Below are positions 1-7,900 of a stretch of DNA of 31,126 nt, one piece after another. The DNA lies in the IMG/VR virus record IMGVR_UViG_3300025646_000206, positions 1 through 31,126 of that record. The stretch is one strand, 5' to 3'. How positions within the stretch are numbered: the first letter of the stretch is position 1; the number at the start of each line of letters is the position of its first letter. This DNA comes from a virus. Lineage: Duplodnaviria; Caudoviricetes. The notes beneath the pieces were generated by a model. It made no database searches. It was not told the origin of the DNA and was given only the letters and a program-made list of their open reading frames with translations. Position numbers and translations under genes: made by a program.

Positions 1-32
1 CTTACTTGCGTCGGGTTTCCCCGATGAACGAC
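1..32 (-). ncRNA. 5' part of a glutamine riboswitch-like RNA (glnA / Downstream-peptide family), truncated by the window edge
   Basis: Minus strand reads TCGTTCATCGGGGAAACCCGACGCAAGTAAG: CGUUC (P1 5' strand), hairpin UCGGG-GAAA-CCCGA, then CGCAAGUAAG. It starts at the expected TSS of the sigma70 promoter at 39-67. Family recognised from memory; the 3' half is outside the window. Confidence 0.55.
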
Positions 33-38
33 AGGTCT

Positions 39-67
39 ATTATAGACCCGATATTCTATATAGTCAA
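39..67 (-). promoter_or_regulatory. sigma70-type (early) promoter
   Basis: TTGACT (67-62), 17 bp spacer, TATAAT (44-39). Confidence 0.8.
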
Positions 68-182
68 GTGGTTGTATTAACCACTACAAAAAGTTCGGTT
101 TGATACAACTTTTTGTATTACAATTTTAAAAAACCTTAGAGAGAAAATTTTTACCGGGATTTTTTTCCGCCGATTTTGGGAA

Positions 183-527
183 TCACTTTCGCTTTTTGGT
201 TTCGGGTGCCTTATTGCCCCAGAGTTTTGGATTGACTGTACCGTATCCATACTCAATGTTTTGCACTGATAATGCACCATAAGTATCATAGTACATATCA
301 AACAAACTTACCTGACTCTTACAACGAGTCAAATCCATGTAAGTTTCTCCATCAACAACATAAGTAATCAAATACGCATCATTTGGGAGAGTCTTATCGT
401 TTGCTAACTGGCGTGTTGTCTTTTCTTGCAAAACCTCACATCCATACTTTGGACCTAATGGTTTGATGCTAGGTTGTTCCATAGTTTTTTCTTTTTTCTT
501 TGGCGGATCTGCCAGTTTATTTGCCAT
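183..527 (-). CDS. hypothetical protein, cyanophage-like (114 aa)
   Basis: Open ORF. The ATG at 527 overlaps the upstream TAA (TAATG coupling), so it is preferred over the 545 start. Confidence 0.75.
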   Translation of the reverse strand: MANKLADPPKKKEKTMEQPSIKPLGPKYGCEVLQEKTTRQLANDKTLPNDAYLITYVVDGETYMDLTRCKSQVSLFDMYYDTYGALSVQNIEYGYGTVNPKLWGNKAPETKKRK

Positions 528-1096
528 TACGAACGACCTCCCCATTTAATATCAGGATATGCTTCAGCAACAATTTCTTTGGTGATCTTATACTTATCAG
601 AGAGTTTTTTATCTTTTACCAAACAAAGAATCTCTGCTTCAAGTGGATGAAGTCCTTCGAGAATATTAATAAACATGGTTTCACGACGAATATTATTAAG
701 ACCATCGTTACCACCTTTAATAAATTGATAAAAGTGTTTAAATTCTCTACGGATAGTAGTATGTCCTTGTCTATCACTTGCACCCAGAGAAAAAGATCCT
801 GTAGTGTGCATCTTACGGACTTCTTCTGTAATTTTAGTAGTCAAAGATCCTTTATTTTTTGATTGCTCTTCATATCCAGAATAAGGCACTTCACCCTCTG
901 GTAGCAGTGTAATAATACTATCATCAAAATTCCAAATAAGCACTGCTTTCAATGAAGGATCATCATATTTTTTGAGAACTTCAACTTTTTTTGCTTTGGA
1001 TCTTTGCTTCGATACTAAATCTAAAATTTCAAATACAAAAGGATTTTTTGGTAATTCAAGACTCGTCGTAGTCGTCTTCTTCTGTGCTGTTGTCAT
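527..1096 (-). CDS. conserved T4-like cyanophage hypothetical protein (DUF6433-like)
   Basis: Motifs LLPEGEVPY and RRETMFINILEGLHPLEAEIL recalled from T4-like phage hypotheticals. Start taken at MTTAQKK; the ORF extends to 1120. Confidence 0.75.
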   Translation of the reverse strand: MTTAQKKTTTTSLELPKNPFVFEILDLVSKQRSKAKKVEVLKKYDDPSLKAVLIWNFDDSIITLLPEGEVPYSGYEEQSKNKGSLTTKITEEVRKMHTTGSFSLGASDRQGHTTIRREFKHFYQFIKGGNDGLNNIRRETMFINILEGLHPLEAEILCLVKDKKLSDKYKITKEIVAEAYPDIKWGGRS

Positions 1097-1289
1097 GATA
1101 GTTTTCAAAATTAAATGCAATTACTTCATCAGGTATTAAATTCCCTTGGTTGTCAAACATTTCAGGATGAGGTCTTGGCACTTCCCGATAATTCATCATA
1201 TATTCTCGTGCAGTCCATCCAATCACCACTCCCATTATGAGAAACAAAATAGTCAAAAACGAACCAAAAACTAAACTAACTGCTAACAT
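1056..1289 (-). CDS. small membrane protein with acidic C-terminus (77 aa)
   Basis: N-terminal hydrophobic helix, HPEMFDNQGNLI motif, acidic tail; fits the gene string. Confidence 0.7.
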   Translation of the reverse strand: MLAVSLVFGSFLTILFLIMGVVIGWTAREYMMNYREVPRPHPEMFDNQGNLIPDEVIAFNFENYHDNSTEEDDYDES

Positions 1290-1524
1290 TTTTCTTTCTC
1301 CGGGAAACTAAATTTCTCTTCCTTGTGCTAAAGGAAAACTCAAAGTAGATGTTTACTTCCCGATTTAGAAAGCAAACCATCTTCTCAAAGATGATGTGGA
1401 ATGGGTGTGTCTGCTTTCTTTTTCCTCCATTAAGAATGAATTCAACACCACGATTACTGTGGTTATTTTTATTTATGTCAGGATCCGACGACTTGTTGTT
1501 CTCTGAGAAACTTGATTGTATCAA
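1276..1524 (-). CDS. small hypothetical protein, start uncertain
   Basis: Fills the gap between glutaredoxin and the membrane protein. NRGVEFIL...FEFSF resembles small cyanophage ORFs. The TTG start overlaps glutaredoxin. Confidence 0.5.
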   Translation of the reverse strand: MIQSSFSENNKSSDPDINKNNHSNRGVEFILNGGKRKQTHPFHIIFEKMVCFLNREVNIYFEFSFSTRKRNLVSRRKKNVSS

Positions 1525-1738
1525 CTGCGCCTCCTAGTTTTTTCTCATCACAAAGTACCTGTGGAAAGGTAGATCCTTCACCAAATTCGGCATAAAACTG
1601 CTCTTTGGTAAAGTCCTCTCCAAGAGTATACACCACAAATTTACTGCCTGTCAACTCTAAAACAGTCTTAACTTTATGACAATATGGACAGTCTTCTTTT
1701 GAATAGATTGTAAAATTCATATCTTCTGTAAGAACCAT
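1478..1738 (-). CDS. nrdC: glutaredoxin (T4 NrdC-like)
   Basis: CPYC active site, TFPQV cis-Pro motif, LGG motif, 86 aa. Confidence 0.9.
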   Translation of the reverse strand: MVLTEDMNFTIYSKEDCPYCHKVKTVLELTGSKFVVYTLGEDFTKEQFYAEFGEGSTFPQVLCDEKKLGGAVDTIKFLREQQVVGS

Positions 1739-1745
1739 AGTGACT

Positions 1746-1752
1746 TATTTAG
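1746..1752 (-). promoter_or_regulatory. T4-type late promoter core
   Basis: CTAAATA 7 nt upstream of the glutaredoxin ATG. An extended -10 TGATATAAT also lies at 1774-1782. Confidence 0.5.
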
Positions 1753-1789
1753 ATCACTCTATATTATCCAAATATTATATCATATAATA

Positions 1790-2266
1790 TCATGAAGTTG
1801 AACTATCTCCACCAGAATTCAATTCTTCAAGTGTTGGCCAAACAACTTCTAATGGATTTGTTGTGGAAGATGTAATATCCCTGAGTGCCTGAATGTATGT
1901 GTCTAAATCAGAAATACTATCAGTTGTAGTAGTAATACCCAGTCTAGTTTCACTCAAATTTCTCATAACTCTCCATTCAACTTCATTAATCTTTAAATCC
2001 CTAGTTTCTCTAACTTCTGTCCAGAGTTCTGCCGTTCTAGAATTAATTTCTTCTGCGGTTAATGAAACAACTTCCCATGCAACACCATTCCAAACTACCT
2101 TTTGAGTATCACCATCAAAAGGTGGCGAATCTCCTGCAGCAACATACCCCGCATCAGTGAGTTCTTCTTCAGTAAATGTAGAAGAATCTGTTCTCGTGCT
2201 ACCATCAGAAAGACGAATTCTTTCTGGTAATGGTCCTGGATATTGTTCTTTGTATGAATAAAGCAT
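1790..2266 (-). CDS. tail fibre assembly chaperone-like protein
   Basis: C-terminal WxxVRxxRD...W...YIQALRDIT...VVWP signature of phage tail assembly chaperones. Confidence 0.75.
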   Translation of the reverse strand: MLYSYKEQYPGPLPERIRLSDGSTRTDSSTFTEEELTDAGYVAAGDSPPFDGDTQKVVWNGVAWEVVSLTAEEINSRTAELWTEVRETRDLKINEVEWRVMRNLSETRLGITTTTDSISDLDTYIQALRDITSSTTNPLEVVWPTLEELNSGGDSSTS

Positions 2267-2277
2267 TTTAAATCTCC

Positions 2278-3447
2278 TTAATAAACAGCAACATATAAAC
2301 TATCAGTTCCATTCATTGTTGAACTCATACTGGTAGGACCCGTAAGAGCATGAATAACTCTTATATATTCTCCACCACTAAAAGTGTATGTAGGACTCCT
2401 CATAACAGTTCCAGAATATCGTGTAGACCCACTTGTCTCACGATATGCATAATAAGTGGAAGATGATTGTAAAATTGTTCCATTACCTACAGGTGCGAGA
2501 GTATTAGATCCACCATTTATAGAAAATTTATATGTACTACTAATACCATCTGCAGCACCTGTGTAACTTGAACCAGTGGATGTTGCCCAACTAAATCTAC
2601 TAATACTGGCACTAGTTGTTATACTCGTATAGGTATAACCAGATGCCGTTGCGGGTGTCACAGGAAAACCTTGAGTAGAAGTTCCACCAATTTGTGATGT
2701 ATAGGTCTGCCATGCAGAACCACTACCTCCAGTACTAGTATTAAAGATCCAAGATGCTACAAGAGTAGTTCCAGATATAACCTGAACACCAGCGATTGGA
2801 ATATCATTATAAAAAGTGGTTGATGCTGTTACTTTTACTCCAATATAAACTCTTCCCGTACCAGTAAAATCAGTTTGAACTTGACCAACATCATATGGAC
2901 CATTATAGTCACTAGTAGTTCCCATATATGATTGCGAATCAATAAATCTATTGCTTATTTCGTAGAAAGATGTTGTAATATCAGTTCCGACAGGAAGTGC
3001 GGCATCAGTTACAGTCAAATTAGCAGTTTCATTTAAAACTAGACCAGATGTTGAACCTAGTCTTATTTGCAATTTAACAACATTATTTTCAGCAAGTCCA
3101 TCAGCAGTCGGTTTGATAGCAACACTAGTAGTATTATTAGTTATAGTAATACTTCCACTTAATCCCAGATCAAAATCAGCTGCTGACAAAGAAGTACCAG
3201 ATACATTAGCAATAGTCCAATAAACAATATCACCATTATTAAATCCTTCTGTAGTTATACTAAAAGTTGAAGTAGAACCTTCAGGAAAAGTTGTACCATT
3301 ACTATTAGATATAGTTGTAACTTTCTTAACTATTGGCCATTTACCATCTATTTCCCCATTATAATTATCAAAAATCTCATGCACACCAGATGCACTAGTT
3401 AAAGATATTTGTTGTTTTTGACCAATTATTCCCGAATTTCTTCTCAT
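2278..3447 (-). CDS. putative virion structural/fibre-associated protein with an Ig/Calx-beta-like domain (389 aa)
   Basis: Ser/Thr/Gly-rich beta protein. EGSTSTFSITT...DF...SGSITI...ADGLAE resembles Calx-beta. N-terminus NSGIIG...SGV...WP. Confidence 0.65.
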   Translation of the reverse strand: MRRNSGIIGQKQQISLTSASGVHEIFDNYNGEIDGKWPIVKKVTTISNSNGTTFPEGSTSTFSITTEGFNNGDIVYWTIANVSGTSLSAADFDLGLSGSITITNNTTSVAIKPTADGLAENNVVKLQIRLGSTSGLVLNETANLTVTDAALPVGTDITTSFYEISNRFIDSQSYMGTTSDYNGPYDVGQVQTDFTGTGRVYIGVKVTASTTFYNDIPIAGVQVISGTTLVASWIFNTSTGGSGSAWQTYTSQIGGTSTQGFPVTPATASGYTYTSITTSASISRFSWATSTGSSYTGAADGISSTYKFSINGGSNTLAPVGNGTILQSSSTYYAYRETSGSTRYSGTVMRSPTYTFSGGEYIRVIHALTGPTSMSSTMNGTDSLYVAVY

Positions 3448-3459
3448 TTTATATTACCT

Positions 3460-4527
3460 CTATACTCTAGTAATTTTTGCATATCCATTTGTTGCATTCG
3501 CTCTAAGATGACCACCAGTTCCTCCATCAGCACCTGCAGTAGCAGAAACAAGTGTTCCAGTCCAATAAGATCCTCCTCCGCCAGCATTTCCCCAAGTACT
3601 ACCTGACCAATCATTACCAGCAGGACCACCAGTATATCCGCCGCCGCCACCGCCGCCTTCACCATTTCCGTTAGATCCTCCACCACCCCCAAATCCCCCA
3701 TATAGAGCAGTAGTGTCAGTAGAAGTACCACCTTGCCAATTGGGAGTTCCGGAACTATGACCACCGTCTGCTTGACTAGCAAGGTCAGAACCATCACTCA
3801 ACCAACCAGCACCGCCAGCAGAACCACCAAAACTTCCTGTTGTAGAAAGTCCACCACCATACCCAATACCGTTAGTAGATCCAGTACCATTACCAGTTCT
3901 TCCATTAATAATAGTATTTACAGCAACTCGTCTACTATCACCATTAGAATTATTATTTCCACCCAATCCGTTACCACCATTGCTGGTGCTATTTCCATGT
4001 CCCCATCCTCCTCCACCACCAGCAACAGCAACTAAACCAGAACCTCCAATAGAACCAGTATAAATCCAAGTTCCTCCACCACCGGCAGATCCATTTTTAG
4101 ATACCGCACCAGTTGGTGTTTGTCCAACAACAATATTATAAACTGTTCCTTTTGTCAAGTTAACTCTTGTTATGATAAGTGCTCCCTGTCCAGGATCACG
4201 TGGATTATAAGTACCTGTCGTATTACCTCCACCACTTCCACCTCTCAACTCTATTTCATATGTGCCAGTTTCCGGAGCAGTCCATTGCTGTATTCCACCA
4301 CTTACAGAAAAATAAGATGTCAAAAATACAGCACCAGAATATGCACTTTGACACTGAGCAAGAGTTGGTCCTTGATATCCACTTACTCCTGCACTAGTAA
4401 ATGTGAAACTAGTAAATGAATATAGCGCATCACCGATAACTTGTGATGCAATTAAATCATAAACTCCTCTTTTTTCACTTATATTACCAAATCCAATTAA
4501 ACCACCATTTTTAGTATAATATCCCAT
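3460..4527 (-). CDS. glycine-rich protein with an ALK/LTK-like glycine-rich domain (355 aa)
   Basis: FTSAGVSGYQGPTLAQCQSAY, GIQQWTAPETGTYEIELRGGSGG, VAGGGGG, GFGGGG, GGGGGYTGG, AGGGGSY. Confidence 0.75.
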   Translation of the reverse strand: MGYYTKNGGLIGFGNISEKRGVYDLIASQVIGDALYSFTSFTFTSAGVSGYQGPTLAQCQSAYSGAVFLTSYFSVSGGIQQWTAPETGTYEIELRGGSGGGNTTGTYNPRDPGQGALIITRVNLTKGTVYNIVVGQTPTGAVSKNGSAGGGGTWIYTGSIGGSGLVAVAGGGGGWGHGNSTSNGGNGLGGNNNSNGDSRRVAVNTIINGRTGNGTGSTNGIGYGGGLSTTGSFGGSAGGAGWLSDGSDLASQADGGHSSGTPNWQGGTSTDTTALYGGFGGGGGSNGNGEGGGGGGGYTGGPAGNDWSGSTWGNAGGGGSYWTGTLVSATAGADGGTGGHLRANATNGYAKITRV

Positions 4528-4529
4528 AA

Positions 4530-4889
4530 TTAACTAATTTCTTCATAAGAACAGAATGCGTGCAGATCAAAAGTGTTGCTTGCATATAAGTATAATCCAC
4601 TATTTTCTTCAAGATATATTGAAGTATCTTTTGAAATTAAAACAAGAGTTGCATCAGCAGGAACTGATACAGTCCATGCAAGCATATAGTTAGTACCAGC
4701 TTTGCTCACATATGCTGTAAGATCGGCAGCATTCGTTCCATCAACGTTAGCAACGGTTAAAGTATTAATTTTAATAATTTTTCCACTAGATGTTGGATTT
4801 GATACTATTGCGGAACCAACAGTTCCAAGTCCAAGACCAGCCGATTTTCCGTAGATACTTGTTGCATTTATTATATTTGGATTAGCCAT
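4530..4889 (-). CDS. small beta-rich putative virion protein (119 aa)
   Basis: MANPNIINATSI...VANVDG...VSVPADATL...YLEE...SYEEIS; late promoter upstream. Confidence 0.75.
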   Translation of the reverse strand: MANPNIINATSIYGKSAGLGLGTVGSAIVSNPTSSGKIIKINTLTVANVDGTNAADLTAYVSKAGTNYMLAWTVSVPADATLVLISKDTSIYLEENSGLYLYASNTFDLHAFCSYEEIS

Positions 4890-4916
4890 TCTCTAGAGTG
4901 TTTCTCCTATTAAAAA

Positions 4917-4923
4917 TATTTAT
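4917..4923 (-). promoter_or_regulatory. T4-type late promoter core
   Basis: ATAAATA right at the collagen gene stop, followed by AGGAGA. Confidence 0.55.
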
Positions 4924-7900
4924 TAAGAATTTAAAAAAGCAAGTGTAGTTAATGCACTGCTACCTCCACCACCACCTCCTCCTCCAGCATCACCAGTTCT
5001 TGAGAATGTTAATGCCAACGGATGACTATTAGAAGGTACAGAACCTGATGGATTACTAACATTAACAAGATAATATTGATTAGATCCGGATCCTTGTAGA
5101 GATGATACCAAAGTAACATTAAATACTGTAGTATATTGAGTTCCAGAAGTTGATGCGGACTTAAGTGTCAAATAACCTTTAGTTGAACTTGTAGAATCAT
5201 CCCAAGACGTAATCCATCCTGTTTGAGTAGTTGAATTAGCATCATCTTTGTGTACATATATCTGACTTACACCACTAATACCTCCCCAATTAAATCTAAT
5301 TGTACCTGCAGGTATCGCACTAGTAGTGATATCAGTACTAAAGTTATATCGTACACCTGAAATATTTCCTTGAGTTCCTGTTGTACCTTGTACCGAAGTT
5401 CCTGTTGTACCTTGTACCGAAGTTCCTGTTGTACCTTGTACTGAAGTTCCAGTAGTACCCTGAGTTCCTTTTGTACCTTGTACTGAAGTTCCGGTAGTAC
5501 CTTGGGTTCCTGTTGTACCTTGAGTGCCCGAACCACCACTTATTGCAGCACCATTGACAGTAAGAGTTCCATCAATATTGGTGTTACCACTTACATGTAA
5601 TTTATATTGTGGATTAGTAGTGCCAATTCCAACTTTATCTCCAGTGGTACTATATGGTCCAACTAAAATAGTGCCACCAGCATCAACATCAATTGAAGGA
5701 ATACCCGAAATATCATTGACTGAGAAGATACTTCCTGAAGAAAGGTTATTAGTAATAGAGAACAACTGACCAGCAGATGCTTCAAAACTTAAAGTTCCAC
5801 TATTTAAAGTATCATAGTGAACAATATCAATTATAGTTCCTATTCCAATTGTTCCAACACCAGAAGAAGGGCCACTATATGTAAATGAATCTGACCCTGC
5901 AGCAGTATTACTACTATTCTTATAAACAATTTGATTCGCAGATCCTGCTACTGGTCCAGAGGTTCCGGTAGTACCTTGTACCGAAGTTCCTGTTGTACCT
6001 TGTACCGAAGTTCCGGTAGTACCTTGTACCGAAGTTCCTGTTGTACCTTGTACCGAAGTTCCTGTTGTACCTTGAGTTCCTTTTGTACCTTGTACTGAAG
6101 TTCCGGTAGTACCTTGTACCGAAGTTCCGGTAGTACCTTGTACCGAAGTTCCTGTTGTACCTTGTACTGAAGTTCCGGTAGTACCTTGTACCGAAGTTCC
6201 TGTTGTACCTTGTACTGAAGTTCCTGTTGTACCTTGAGTTCCTTTTGTACCTTGTACTGAAGTTCCGGTAGTACCTTGTACCGAAGTTCCTGTTGTACCT
6301 TGTACCGAAGTTCCTGTTGTACCTTGTACTGAAGTTCCAGTAGTACCTTGGGTTCCATCGGTTCCCTGAGTACCATCTGTACCTTGGGTTCCATCAGTTC
6401 CCTGAGTACCATCTGTACCTTGGGTTCCATCAGTACCTTGGGTTCCATCGGTTCCTTGAGTACCTGTGGTTCCTTGAGTTCCATCAGTACCTTGGGTTCC
6501 ATCAGTACCTTGGGTTCCATCGGTTCCTTGAGTTCCTGTTGTACCTTGGGTTCCATCAGTACCTTGGGTTCCATCAGTACCTTGGGTTCCATCGGTTCCC
6601 TGAGTTCCATCAGTACCCTGAGTACCTATGGTTCCTTGAGTACCTGTGGTTCCTTGAGTTCCATCGGTTCCTTGAGTACCTGTGGTTCCTTGAGTTCCAT
6701 CAGTACCTTGGGTTCCATCAGTACCCTGAGTACCTGTGGTTCCTTGAGTTCCATCAGTACCTTGGGTTCCATCAGTACCTTGGGTTCCATCAGTACCTTG
6801 GGTTCCATCGGTTCCCTGAGTTCCATCAGTACCCTGAGTACCTGTGGTTCCTTGAGTTCCATCAGTACCTTGGGTTCCATCAGTACCCTGAGTACCTGTG
6901 GTTCCTTGAGTTCCATCGGTTCCTTGAGTACCTGTGGTTCCTTGGGTTCCATCAGTACCTTGGGTTCCATCGGTTCCTTGAGTACCTGTGGTTCCTTGGG
7001 TTCCATCAGTACCTTGGGTTCCATCGGTTCCTTGAGTACCTGTGGTTCCTTGGGTTCCATCAGTACCTTGGGTTCCATCGGTTCCTTGAGTACCTGTGGT
7101 TCCTTGGGTTCCATCAGTACCTTGGGTTCCATCGGTTCCCTGAGTACCTGTGGTTCCTTGAGTTCCATCGGTTCCCTGAGTTCCATCAGTACCCTGAGTA
7201 CCTGTGGTTCCTTGGGTTCCATCAGTACCCTGAGTACCTGTGGTTCCTTGAGTTCCATCAGTACCCTGAGTACCTGTGGTTCCTTGGGTTCCATCGGTTC
7301 CCTGAGTACCATCAGTACCTTGAGTACCTGTGGTTCCTTGGGTTCCATCGGTTCCCTGAGTACCATCAGTACCTTGAGTACCTGTGGTTCCTTGGGTTCC
7401 ATCGGTTCCTTGGGTTCCATCGGTTCCCTGAGTACCATCTGTACCTTGGGTTCCATCAGTACCCTGAGTACCTGTGGTTCCTTGGGTTCCATCGGTTCCC
7501 TGAGTACCATCAGTACCTTGGGTTCCATCGGTTCCCTGAGTACCATCTGTACCTTGGGTTCCATCAGTACCCTGAGTACCTGTGGTTCCTTGAGTACCAT
7601 CTGTACCTTGAGTACCAGAACCTGTAGTTCCCTGAGTGCCATCAGTACCCTGAGTTCCATCGGTTCCTTGAGTACCATCAGTTCCCTGAGTACCATCTGT
7701 ACCTTGGGTTCCATCAGTTCCCTGAGTTCCATCAGTACCTTGGGTTCCATCGGTTCCCTGAGTTCCATCAGTACCCTGAGTACCTGTGGTTCCCTGAGTT
7801 CCATCAGTACCCTGAGTACCTGTGGTTCCTTGAGTTCCATCGGTTCCTTGAGTACCTGTGGTTCCTTGGGTTCCATCGGTTCCCTGAGTTCCTGTTGTAC

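Noticed and set aside
77-301. 74-aa minus-strand ORF
   Set aside because: It overlaps the better-supported 183-527 gene in another frame and runs through A/T-tract intergenic DNA.
3409-4419. Short overlapping ORFs within the Gly-rich gene, and similar short ORFs inside other long genes
   Set aside because: They lie largely or wholly within well-supported genes and have no recognisable motifs.
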